This document shows positions 18,206-27,311 of a stretch of 62,569 nt of DNA, one piece after another (the first letter of the stretch is position 1; each line of letters starts with the position of its first letter). The stretch spans positions 1 through 62,569 of the forward strand of contig CABYOM010000003.1 of NCBI GenBank assembly GCA_902520595.1. Reading direction: 5' to 3'. The DNA is from an uncultured Candidatus Poseidoniales archaeon. GTDB lineage: Archaea > Thermoplasmatota > Poseidoniia > Poseidoniales > Poseidoniaceae. Under the pieces are notes generated by a model. The model did not search any database and was not told the DNA's origin. It worked only from the letters and a program-made list of their open reading frames with translations. A program made the position numbers and the translations under genes.

Positions 18206-20205
18206 GATATCTCCTCCTCTAACTCTTTTCGAAGTCGTTCACGATCTTCGATTTCCCAGATGCTTAGTTTATTTTCAATGGAAGGCTCTGATTGTTTTCG
18301 AGAAGCTGACTCACGATTGACCGTTTTAGATTTCGCTGATTTTCCAGCGCCAGGTCGGGCACTTAACGGCGTAAGTTTTGTTTCAGTGTTGACTGGCCTT
18401 CTACTTTTGACCGATTCAATCGAGTCTTTTTGCGTTGAAGACATCCGTCTACCCACATCTTGAATATCTTTGAATTCAATTGAAGAGTTCTTCAGCGATG
18501 AATCGCTCCGAGGTGTATATTGGGCACGTACGCTTTCTATCGCTTGATTTTGACGGTCAGCATAGGATTCAAGTGAATCAGCAAATGTGCTCCGAGGTGC
18601 CGAGCGCATATTCTGAATTTCACTCAACTCTTTGGCGTCAACAGCATGGACCGCTGCGGCTTGAATAGCACGTTGATTACGAGAAGTCTTCCGCAAACTG
18701 GAGTTTTTCTTTCTTCTGCGAATGCGTTGAGCTGGTCGGGGGCCGCTTCTTTTGTTTGCGTCAACTTCAATCTTTGGAGACTTTTTCTCCTTTGTCCCAA
18801 CAGGTTTGGTAACTTGGACAGCAGGCGTATCATCCTCTGCCTCGTTTTGTTTCGTTTCCATCTCCTGCTCTTCTTCTTGAGAATGCATGGGGGCTTGCTG
18901 GACAGTTTCCGTCACACTGAGAACTTCTTGAGTTTCGTTTTTGAGATCAGGTGCAATCTGTTCGGCAGACGGAGGTTGTTCCGGATGACTCCACTCGCGA
19001 GCAACTGTTTCAAGCGTTTCTGTTGCAGCAATGATTGCCTCGGAATCTGGAGAATCCACTCCTCCCTCCATCGTACCAAATACAGTCGTTTGCGAAGAGA
19101 AATTTTCTGAGTTTGAAGCAGATATTGCCTGCTGTAGTTGTTGTTCAATCCATTTCCCTTCTTCTTCACTAGGTGGTGCACAGAGTGGATGGTCAAGAAT
19201 CAAGTCTGGCTCGAGGTTCCAATGCTCAAGAACAGAAGGCTCAAGATTGGACATATAGCGAGACAGGTGTTCTCTTGTCGTGAGAGGGAATGCGTTCAAG
19301 TCACCTGTCGCTAAGAAGAGATGGTCTTCAAGTCGAACACCGTCAACAATATCCCGAAGGAAGTTGACTACCTTATCATCTCCGTGCAGGCTTGCTAAAT
19401 ATTCAACTCCTTCAAGAACAACGACTGCACGAAGGTTTTCCCACAAAAATGCGTCAATTCTACGGCGAATGTTTTCCAATGCAGGGTCTGTTGAACGAAC
19501 ATCACCGTTTTGAGAAAGCCATGAACTTGAAGCGATTGGAATATTATGCTCGACATTGAGCGCTTCAATATCGTGCCGTGCAAGTACGAACAATGGACGT
19601 CCATGAACTGCTAAGTACCCTGCAAGATCAAACATCAGTGCTGGATTTTTTGAATCAAAGAAGTAAGCATCTCCCGGTCGCAACATCTTTTCGAGACCAT
19701 CATGCCGTTGCATGAGTGCTTTACTTCGCAGTCGAACTGCTTCAGGTGCCTCAACAACGACTTCCAGTTCAGGCAATCGTTCTTCTCTTTTCCAGGAACT
19801 CGTTCGGATATTTGTTTTCGACCACCATTGGTGATCTTCCGTATTTGTTTCAGAGGAATCATCCATTTGGAAATGTGCCTCGGGATAGAGGTTGAGGACA
19901 TTTGTCATATCTGGCAAGGACAATTCATGGATGCCGAGTAACGAATCAAGAAGCGCTGCGTCGTTTTCGATATCCAGTAATGCTTCAAGCGACATCGAGA
20001 TGGCGTCGGCTTCGTGTAAGGCGAACATCGGCTTTCCTTCAAGAAACGCAATATGACCGATTCGAGGCATCTGCTCCTTGGGCCTTCGCTCAATTCGGAT
20101 GTATCCGGAGGTCCCCAACCGGGCCATATCCGTAGAAAGTAATCGCAGAGATTCAGGACCGCCTCGACGAACTTCTGTCACATCTCCCTGCGGCAGTTCT
20201 ACCAT
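18202..20205 (-). CDS. hypothetical protein with an N-terminal small domain, a DUF835-like module, and about 340 aa of acidic then basic disordered tail
   Basis: Residues about 175-320 (PGDAYFF...LFVLARHD...SSSWLS...IDAFL...AVVVLEGVEYL...VVNFLRDIVD...HLFLATGD) follow the DUF835 pattern. GGGGTGAG precedes the ATG. Confidence 0.5.
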   Translation of the reverse strand: MVELPQGDVTEVRRGGPESLRLLSTDMARLGTSGYIRIERRPKEQMPRIGHIAFLEGKPMFALHEADAISMSLEALLDIENDAALLDSLLGIHELSLPDMTNVLNLYPEAHFQMDDSSETNTEDHQWWSKTNIRTSSWKREERLPELEVVVEAPEAVRLRSKALMQRHDGLEKMLRPGDAYFFDSKNPALMFDLAGYLAVHGRPLFVLARHDIEALNVEHNIPIASSSWLSQNGDVRSTDPALENIRRRIDAFLWENLRAVVVLEGVEYLASLHGDDKVVNFLRDIVDGVRLEDHLFLATGDLNAFPLTTREHLSRYMSNLEPSVLEHWNLEPDLILDHPLCAPPSEEEGKWIEQQLQQAISASNSENFSSQTTVFGTMEGGVDSPDSEAIIAATETLETVAREWSHPEQPPSAEQIAPDLKNETQEVLSVTETVQQAPMHSQEEEQEMETKQNEAEDDTPAVQVTKPVGTKEKKSPKIEVDANKRSGPRPAQRIRRRKKNSSLRKTSRNQRAIQAAAVHAVDAKELSEIQNMRSAPRSTFADSLESYADRQNQAIESVRAQYTPRSDSSLKNSSIEFKDIQDVGRRMSSTQKDSIESVKSRRPVNTETKLTPLSARPGAGKSAKSKTVNRESASRKQSEPSIENKLSIWEIEDRERLRKELEEEIS

Positions 20206-20369
20206 TTTCTCTCACCCCTACGGGGTGATGCTTACGGGACACTTCTTGAAAGGTGCGGCTCGAATGAACTCATAACGTTGGTTTCGAAGGTTGAGTGCGT
20301 GAGCCGCTAGCCATTTACATTGTCAAGGTTACACCGTGAAGTTCAAAGACGACATGTCTATGGTTCATT

Positions 20370-21020
20370 ATGGCCGAAGAGCGAGGTGAATTGTCTGTCG
20401 AAATGCGACGATTTATTTCACTTGAAATCGCTCGGCCATTCCTGTATCGTTTTTTTACTACACTGTTGATTTTAGAGGCATTTATGGTCGGATTCGTATG
20501 GTTTTTTATCTCCACTGGGAACAGTTTTTCACTCACGATTTTCCCGCTGTTAGTCGGTGTTATTGGCGGAATATTCCTCTATCAAAAATCACCACTTCTA
20601 CGTGTTCCTTTAGCGGTGAATTTGAATCATCCATTCATGGGTGACCTTGAGATGGGGCAAGCCGTTGTTATGGTTCAATTCTCTGATGGTTTATGGGGGG
20701 ATGTGGGTGTTGGCAGGGTGCGACTGACTGTTGATGAGTTGATGGGAGGCACACTCCTCATTCGAGATGACGATACCTATGCGGTCATCGGGCACTTTAG
20801 TCATCTGCCTCAACATCACCCAGCACTCAAACGATACGTGATTTTAATCAATCAAGCCATCGCACTGAGAGATGCAGTTAATGGCGATGAAGATTCAATT
20901 GAATCTGCTCGAGAGAGAGAAAAAATTGATTCAGGTCTTCTCGAGCGTTCATGGCTTGAAGAAGAACAGAATATTGAGATTGAACCCGAGGGCATTTTCA
21001 GTAAATTACGACGAGAATAA
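20370..21020 (+). CDS. hypothetical membrane protein (2 TM plus a soluble C-terminal domain)
   Basis: ORF only; hydrophobic helices in residues about 25-75. Confidence 0.35.
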   Translation: MAEERGELSVEMRRFISLEIARPFLYRFFTTLLILEAFMVGFVWFFISTGNSFSLTIFPLLVGVIGGIFLYQKSPLLRVPLAVNLNHPFMGDLEMGQAVVMVQFSDGLWGDVGVGRVRLTVDELMGGTLLIRDDDTYAVIGHFSHLPQHHPALKRYVILINQAIALRDAVNGDEDSIESAREREKIDSGLLERSWLEEEQNIEIEPEGIFSKLRRE

Positions 21021-21078
21021 GGGTTTTTAGGCCAAATCCCAAGCCCTTAGATTAAAGACTGCATCTCTACCGGAGAAT

Positions 21079-21690
21079 GTGGAATCTCCTCATCGATGGC
21101 ATGGTCACCTTGACGCACTCGGTTTGAAAGAACGTGAGACACTCTTGGGTGCGTCACTTTCCAGGCGCTTCACGCAATTACCTCTTTGGCTCTCTCACCC
21201 GTCGAATATTGCCGCTTTTTATGGACTCTTGATATCGCTTGCTCTCCTTCTGCCCTACAGATTTGGTAATGAATCTGCCAGCTGGTTCAGCAATTGGATT
21301 TTTCATTCCGCACTCATCATGGTTTCATGCCTGGTTTTAGGAATGCTGTCTTTGATTATTGTAAGTCTCTCAAAGCGTTTTCCAGTAACACCTCCTCGAT
21401 ACATTCTCTATCCAATGCCATTTCTAGGATTTGGATTATTAACGATTTCCCAAACTGAAATTTTGACAATTCCCTCAGGCCTTGTATGGCTTCTTTTGTT
21501 ATTGCCAGGTCCAATGTATGTTCACCTTTCTTGGGCTCCACGCTGGCGATTGCTTTGCCAACTTGAAGATGGAATCAATCCGTTTGAGGCAATGGATATG
21601 CCCCTACTTGAAGAGACGAATGCGATTGAAGAAATTACAGATGGAGACGAAGAATTACTTTCCGTTGTTAACGCACTTGAATCCGAATGA
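21079..21690 (+). CDS. hypothetical polytopic membrane protein with an acidic tail
   Basis: ORF with a GTG start and four predicted TM helices. Confidence 0.35.
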   Translation: MESPHRWHGHLDALGLKERETLLGASLSRRFTQLPLWLSHPSNIAAFYGLLISLALLLPYRFGNESASWFSNWIFHSALIMVSCLVLGMLSLIIVSLSKRFPVTPPRYILYPMPFLGFGLLTISQTEILTIPSGLVWLLLLLPGPMYVHLSWAPRWRLLCQLEDGINPFEAMDMPLLEETNAIEEITDGDEELLSVVNALESE

Positions 21691-22872
21691 TTAGATCAAA
21701 TCTAAAGTCGGTCCAACCTTTTCAAATAAGCGTAGAACTTCATCTAAGTCATCTCGATGGAGACCTGCAGACATTTGTGTTCGGATTCGGGCTTTGTCAC
21801 GAGCAACCATAGGGAAGACGATTGCTCCTGCCATTACACCCTCTTCACCGAGTGCTTTGGTCATGGTTTTTGCAACACCTGAATCCCCACACATCACTGG
21901 GATAATTGGTGTGACAGACTCTCCAGTATCAAAACCAAGAGATTGCAATTCCTTCCGGAAATAATTGGTATTCTCCCAAAGTCGTGCATGATGTTCAGGC
22001 TCATCCATCAAAACTTCAATCGCAGCTTTTTGGGCAGCAGCTACACCTGGCGGTTGTGACCCTGAAAGAAGCCATGAACGTGAATGGTTAAGTGCGTGGT
22101 TTCGAGTCATTTCGCTTCCAGCAAGAATCCCACCTTGGACTCCGAGTGCTTTTGAGAAGGACCCGGTTTCGAAATCAACCTTGCCTTGGAGATTGAAGTG
22201 ATCGACAATCCCTGCTCCTTTTTCGCCCAGTACGCCTTCTCCGTGACAATCGTCAACATAGACCATCGCTCCGTATTCTTCAGCTAATTTCGTCACTTCA
22301 TCGAGGGGTGCGATGTCTCCATCCATTGAAAACACACCATCGGTAATAATCAGTTTTCGTCCTGCTCCTTCGTGGGCTTTGAGAACCGCTTCTAATTCAC
22401 CCATGTCATTGTGCGCATAGACGCCACGGCTGGCTTTTGTCAAGCGTACTCCGTCGATGATGGAGCCATGATTGAGTGAATCACTTATGATCACATCTTG
22501 CGCACCGGTTACCAAAGTTGGAATAAGTCCAACGTTCACTGTGTATCCTGCAGAATAAATCAGAGATGCTTCAACTCCCTTGAATTCTGCAACTTTCTTT
22601 TCTGCTTCCAAATGAATATCCATCGTTCCCGCAATTGCACGAACACTTCCACTGCCTGCACCGTATTTCATGGTCGCATCAAGCATGGCTTGCTTGACTT
22701 TTGGATGGGTGGTAAGGTTGAGATAATTATTCGCAGAAAGCATGATTGTTGGCTTTCCATCCATGCGGCAGCGAGGCTGATTCGGACTTTCCAAAGTGGG
22801 TGGTTCCCACAGCAGTGATTTTTCTGAAAGTTCATCAAATCGAGTTTTCATCCATGACATGTCACCTGGCAT
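21691..22872 (-). CDS. kbl: glycine C-acetyltransferase / 8-amino-7-oxononanoate synthase family (Kbl-like)
   Basis: Motifs SANNYLNL, SDSLNHGSIIDGVRL, DGVFSMDGDIAPL, VDDCHG, and PLP-lysine SFSKALG. Confidence 0.8.
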   Translation of the reverse strand: MPGDMSWMKTRFDELSEKSLLWEPPTLESPNQPRCRMDGKPTIMLSANNYLNLTTHPKVKQAMLDATMKYGAGSGSVRAIAGTMDIHLEAEKKVAEFKGVEASLIYSAGYTVNVGLIPTLVTGAQDVIISDSLNHGSIIDGVRLTKASRGVYAHNDMGELEAVLKAHEGAGRKLIITDGVFSMDGDIAPLDEVTKLAEEYGAMVYVDDCHGEGVLGEKGAGIVDHFNLQGKVDFETGSFSKALGVQGGILAGSEMTRNHALNHSRSWLLSGSQPPGVAAAQKAAIEVLMDEPEHHARLWENTNYFRKELQSLGFDTGESVTPIIPVMCGDSGVAKTMTKALGEEGVMAGAIVFPMVARDKARIRTQMSAGLHRDDLDEVLRLFEKVGPTLDLI

Positions 22873-22989
22873 ATGCTCCCCTCAAACCAACGCAATGCCT
22901 CAACGTTCAAGTTCTTTCGGGCCTGAATGGATGAAACCAACAGACTCCGCGATACATGCAATCAAAAAGGGTACCCTGCTGGGCGTGTC

Positions 22990-23457
22990 ATGCGTCTGAC
23001 GGGAACAGTGAGCAGTGGCTTAGGTCGCGCACACATATTCATGGCCCAACCCCATTATCAAGAACAATTCAAAGCATTGCTTGGTGGTACTGCTTGGCCC
23101 GGCACTCTAAATCTGAAGATTGAGGGTCATGATTTAATCAACTACATCGCATTACGTAAAAAGTCAGGAATTGATACGCTGGACGCATCGGATGAAGACC
23201 GTTCATCAGCGTCCACCATTGATGTCTCCATGCACCAGGCTCATCGCATTCGTGGTTTTCTGAGAGATGGAGTTTCCTTTGGCGGTGCTACTGCCTTTTC
23301 CGCTTTACTTGAGTTAGGAGACACCACCACAGAATGCGCTCTTTTGATTCCAGACCTCACTCGTCATACCGATGTAGTTGAAGTGATTGCTTGCGATTTC
23401 CTACGAGAGAAACTCGCGCTACAAGACGAAGATGTCGTCCACATCCACGTCAGTTGA
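22990..23457 (+). CDS. ribK: archaeal CTP-dependent riboflavin kinase (DUF120/RibK)
   Basis: GTVSSGLGRAHIFM...YQEQF...WPGTLNLKI matches the archaeal RibK N-terminal pattern. The start is at MRLTGTV (ATG 22990); the ORF is open from 22927. Confidence 0.75.
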   Translation: MRLTGTVSSGLGRAHIFMAQPHYQEQFKALLGGTAWPGTLNLKIEGHDLINYIALRKKSGIDTLDASDEDRSSASTIDVSMHQAHRIRGFLRDGVSFGGATAFSALLELGDTTTECALLIPDLTRHTDVVEVIACDFLREKLALQDEDVVHIHVS

Positions 23458-24370
23458 TTTTTCGATGTTTGACAACTGGCAACTCTCCGAGTTCTGCCCA
23501 CTCTTGATACAAGAGATTTTTCAGCTCATGACGAGCCCCTTGCCGCCATCTTTTCCTCATGGTTCTCTCAACAGCCTGTCCGACAGGAGGAGCAGTAAGG
23601 CCTCCTGTTTCCTTCTGGCTGATTGGCAAAGGCATGAGGTCCCAATCAACCCCCCAAAGTATGAGCCAATCTGGTGGTGCAACCCCAAAATCATATTCAA
23701 TTTCGGGATGATCTATGGCATGTTGCACTTGTTCGGGGGTAATCTCACCTATAGACATACGATGCAATGCCATTGCCGTCCTACGTACCTGATTCCACAA
23801 AAAGGCTTCACCAATTATTTCGAAACCAATCGTTCGCCCATCGATAATCCATGGAGTGCAAGAGAGAATTGTGCGCATAGGATTTTTTCCTTCTTCAAGT
23901 CGCGCAAAATTAGTTGCATTATAGGTTCCTTCAAACATCTTTAACCAACTCGTAAAGTGTTCACCTGGATACTTCCAAAATTCAATCCCCTCCAATCGAT
24001 AACGGTATACTCTGTAATTTGCAATTCTCGGATTCCACTGTTCATCCACTTCCTGAACATCTAGAAAAGCAATATCATTTGGTAATCTGTCATCCAGTGC
24101 ACGGACCATTTTTCTTGGTGTAAGTGCATCCCACAATTCTCGGTTTATGTGGACTGTTCCTCCGTTAAGGCGGACATGAACGCCGGCATCTGTGCGACTG
24201 GACAAAACGAGATTATGTTCATGTGGAGGACTTTCAAGCCATTTGAGGCTTCGAAATACCCTGATCAACTCACCTTGAACAGTTTTGACATCTGGTTGAA
24301 CTTGGCTTCCATGATAGCCATCACCAAGATAGCCAATACGAAATCCGAGACGAACGCTCTGGTCCGTCAT
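23450..24370 (-). CDS. truA: tRNA pseudouridine(38-40) synthase
   Basis: Motifs GYLGDGYHGSQ and catalytic SRTDAGVHV. Confidence 0.85.
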   Translation of the reverse strand: MTDQSVRLGFRIGYLGDGYHGSQVQPDVKTVQGELIRVFRSLKWLESPPHEHNLVLSSRTDAGVHVRLNGGTVHINRELWDALTPRKMVRALDDRLPNDIAFLDVQEVDEQWNPRIANYRVYRYRLEGIEFWKYPGEHFTSWLKMFEGTYNATNFARLEEGKNPMRTILSCTPWIIDGRTIGFEIIGEAFLWNQVRRTAMALHRMSIGEITPEQVQHAIDHPEIEYDFGVAPPDWLILWGVDWDLMPLPISQKETGGLTAPPVGQAVERTMRKRWRQGARHELKNLLYQEWAELGELPVVKHRKIN

Positions 24371-24379
24371 GGCTTCACC

Positions 24380-24901
24380 TCAATCTTCACGTTGAAGCAT
24401 TTCTACTGCGTCTTCGGGTGAATATCCAAGTCCGCCGACAGACCAGATGAGTGCTTGCTTAAGCCAGGGTTGAACCATTGGATTTTGCTTTGTAGGGTCC
24501 ATTACTTCGATTGCATCGACAATATTTCTGCTGGCAGTGAACAAGACCTCATCGACTGGGATGTCTTCAAGTTCAAGGCGGCGAGCATAACGTTGGAATT
24601 CTTTCACAGCGACCGGGATACGTCGGCATTCAAGAGCAAATGTAGCGAAGTCCCCGATATATTCCATGTTCTCTTCATCCAGTTGCATGGCTTTTTTGTA
24701 AGCCATCATAATCTTTCCACCTGGAATAACGTCATCTTGTGCATCGGCATTTTTCATGTTTGCAAATTCTGCAAACATGTGGTGAACTTCAGCATTGGTC
24801 TTGTGAGAACTCATCAAATCATCAAGTTCAGAAATTGCTCCGTCCAAGTCACCGTTACGTAGTTTTTCTATTGGCCCTTCGAGTACTTTGTCATCGGTCA
24901 T
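24380..24901 (-). CDS. hypothetical helical protein
   Basis: ORF only, tightly spaced upstream of truA. Confidence 0.35.
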   Translation of the reverse strand: MTDDKVLEGPIEKLRNGDLDGAISELDDLMSSHKTNAEVHHMFAEFANMKNADAQDDVIPGGKIMMAYKKAMQLDEENMEYIGDFATFALECRRIPVAVKEFQRYARRLELEDIPVDEVLFTASRNIVDAIEVMDPTKQNPMVQPWLKQALIWSVGGLGYSPEDAVEMLQRED

Positions 24902-24967
24902 TGTATCGCCTCAATCTTTACGCGGTGGTATTCAGTTTTTCAAACACTCGTTAATGTGTTTTACAAA

Positions 24968-26011
24968 TCAGTCTTCGTCGCTAGAAGCAACAATGGTATC
25001 TTTCAAATCTCGAAGGAGGTTTGATTGACTGTGATCTTTGTGTTTTTCGTTAAGAAGAGCTTTGGCACTTTCCCAGTTTCGAATGTTATACATGCAGTGC
25101 TTGGGGTCTGGACGGACAACACGAATTGTTCGCTGGTAGGTCAGCAGTCCAATCACTGAGCGCAGAATTCCTTTACCTGCTTTTTCTGCCGTCGAATCGC
25201 TTTCTTTCTCTGTTGTGCCTGGTATCGCTCCTGCAATCGCTGAACCGGTGTTTTCCTCAACGATGCCAACACCTGAATCAGTGAGTATGGTTACAGTTGC
25301 AAACCCGAGTAGAGTCCCAACAGGCGAACGCTCGACCATCACTTCAGAGATGCGGTCGAAAAGTATTCTTCGGTGAGAACGAGAGAGTAAGAAACTGTGT
25401 TCAAAGATTACCGCATCTGATGTAACTGCATAATGGAAACTTCGTTGATAATAGAAGGTCAAAGCCATGTAAATGCCAACATAGCCTAGGCCAAAAATGA
25501 CGTAGTTGTAGTTGTCAAGGGGGATGAAATCTCCGATGGGTTCATCCATGAAAAGATCGGTAACCCAAAACAGAATGTCATCCATTTGAATAAGCACCGG
25601 AGTTAGGGTGATGATGAGCAATCCAATGGTGACCCATCGACCGGATGTCGAAACATTGACCAAACGGTTCATCCAGGTGATGAAAAGCATAACAAAGACA
25701 AACCCAAACGGCCACTGCTCACCACCAGTTACATCGATGATGGTTAATGCAATCTTCATGAAACCGCTTGAATCATCTGAAGAGAGTTGGTGAGCATTAT
25801 CGAAGATGAAGTGAACTGCCAGAACCAATATTCCCAGTAAATACATTCCCAAGAACGCAAAAGCACTCGGACGCTTAGTAAGCAGCACCTCTTCACCGCT
25901 GATTAAGCGGAAAGTCTTGGCCAAACGAGCCTGTTCGGCTTCCTTTTTGGCTTCATCAGTTGTTTGGACATCGTTTTTCGCATCGACTGCGGCATCGGAT
26001 TCTTCGCTCAT
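24968..26011 (-). CDS. membrane protein with a bacterial-PH (bPH_2/DUF304, YdbT-like) domain
   Basis: TM hairpins flank the pattern RRILFDRISEVMVERSPVGTLLGFATVTILT, which is typical of membrane-flanked PH domains. Confidence 0.55.
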   Translation of the reverse strand: MSEESDAAVDAKNDVQTTDEAKKEAEQARLAKTFRLISGEEVLLTKRPSAFAFLGMYLLGILVLAVHFIFDNAHQLSSDDSSGFMKIALTIIDVTGGEQWPFGFVFVMLFITWMNRLVNVSTSGRWVTIGLLIITLTPVLIQMDDILFWVTDLFMDEPIGDFIPLDNYNYVIFGLGYVGIYMALTFYYQRSFHYAVTSDAVIFEHSFLLSRSHRRILFDRISEVMVERSPVGTLLGFATVTILTDSGVGIVEENTGSAIAGAIPGTTEKESDSTAEKAGKGILRSVIGLLTYQRTIRVVRPDPKHCMYNIRNWESAKALLNEKHKDHSQSNLLRDLKDTIVASSDED

Positions 26012-26108
26012 AGCAATCTCTCCTCTTTCTTGACTATCGCTCCACGCACATAATACCTTGCACTCCGCATCATCTTAATGAAATGAGCCAAAATTTGTTC
26101 CAGTCAGA

Positions 26109-27311
26109 TTAATGCAGCAAGCCCCAGGAATGCTCTGCGTTTCCTCTCGCCCATTCATAATCAGTTTCTTTTCTCGTGCCAAATTCATCCTTAATTCTCA
26201 GATATTCCATCCGCAAAGGGTATTCATTGTAGGTCAGGTGAGACTTTATTCCGCCGCGCGTCGGTTGATTAAACGTCCAATGCGCCCGTTCAATGGCTTG
26301 TACTCGTAACTCGATTGTTGTTCTTTCATTCCACATTTTGATTTCAAAAACAGGGAGTGGTGCACCAGGTGTCTGTCCATGTTCGCCTTCGGTTAAATTA
26401 GACGATAGCTTTCGAACTCGGACGCTGGTAAAACGCTCAGAACGGTTATTGATTGGGTCATGAAACAGACCACCTTGTGAAAGTCCTAGATGCCCCGCAT
26501 CTCGTCGTTTCCAAGGTCGATTATCCCTCGCGCTTACTGTAAACGATACATGAGGCAAGAACCAGTCAATGTACGATCCATCATTGAGATGAAGCATCCC
26601 CCAGTACCACGGTACCGAAGGTGCTTGAACACAGACCTTTTGGAAATAAGCCGTGCCTGCCACTTCTTGGTCATCCAACATACCGTGCACACGAGTCCCA
26701 TGCAAGCGGAGGATGTCATATCCCATATTTGCAGCATATGTTGCATTTGCTTGACGTGCGGTGGATAAGGCTGAGTTCCAAGGCGTGAGTTCGAGTTCAA
26801 ACCTTTTCGGTACCATTGGGTGTGAGGCTTTTTCGTCAGTGGTTAGTTGAATCCAAAACGAACTCAAATCACTTTTTAGACCCATTGAAAGGTCCTGTTC
26901 AAGAAGAGGTACGACCGCTCCCCCTCCCTTTCCAGTTTGACCTGATTTTTCTGGCCAGTATGAATGGGTATCTGGCAAAGAAATCATCCGACAAATCTGT
27001 TGAATAACCGGTTCATGCATTTGCTTTCCATCAAACCACCATGCGCAAACCATGCCGTCTAAGGCCATTCCTTTTTCGTCATCAAAACCTGGTCGTCCGG
27101 CGGGCATCCATGGCATGCCGTTCACATCGACCAAAGGATTGTCCTTTGTTGACCACAAGACCATGAGTTGGCGCCCACTTGGACGACCATCCGGGTCGTC
27201 GAGCATGACCAACCACCACCACCAATCCCATGTGAGATGATGAAGTGGAGGGCGGTCTTGAAGCGACCACATTTTGGAAAGGTCTCCAGTAAATGCTTTC
27301 ATTTCAGGCAT
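26109..27311 (-). CDS. Trp-rich hypothetical protein, tentatively AttH/CrtC/tocopherol-cyclase-like beta-barrel fold
   Basis: HHLTWDWWWWLVMLDDPDG...QLMVLWS resembles the hP..EWWY..g.l motif. GTAYFQKVCVQAPSVPWYWGML resembles G.gY.EKnWG..fP..W.W. The start is at ATG 27311 (TAATG overlap with the upstream permease, AGGAGA SD). Confidence 0.35.
   Translation of the reverse strand: MPEMKAFTGDLSKMWSLQDRPPLHHLTWDWWWWLVMLDDPDGRPSGRQLMVLWSTKDNPLVDVNGMPWMPAGRPGFDDEKGMALDGMVCAWWFDGKQMHEPVIQQICRMISLPDTHSYWPEKSGQTGKGGGAVVPLLEQDLSMGLKSDLSSFWIQLTTDEKASHPMVPKRFELELTPWNSALSTARQANATYAANMGYDILRLHGTRVHGMLDDQEVAGTAYFQKVCVQAPSVPWYWGMLHLNDGSYIDWFLPHVSFTVSARDNRPWKRRDAGHLGLSQGGLFHDPINNRSERFTSVRVRKLSSNLTEGEHGQTPGAPLPVFEIKMWNERTTIELRVQAIERAHWTFNQPTRGGIKSHLTYNEYPLRMEYLRIKDEFGTRKETDYEWARGNAEHSWGLLH

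Noticed and set aside
18646-19110. 154-aa plus-strand ORF, together with several 60-95-aa ORFs inside 18202-20205.
   Set aside because: They are antisense or alternative-frame ORFs within the low-complexity region of the DUF835-like gene, with no independent signals.
20206-20369. DnaA boxes (TTATCCACA) or a bacterial-type oriC next to the DnaA-like gene cluster.
   Set aside because: No DnaA-box-like 9-mers are seen in the flanking spacer. The only feature is a weak CCCC-TAC-GGGG hairpin that overlaps the SD of the first gene.
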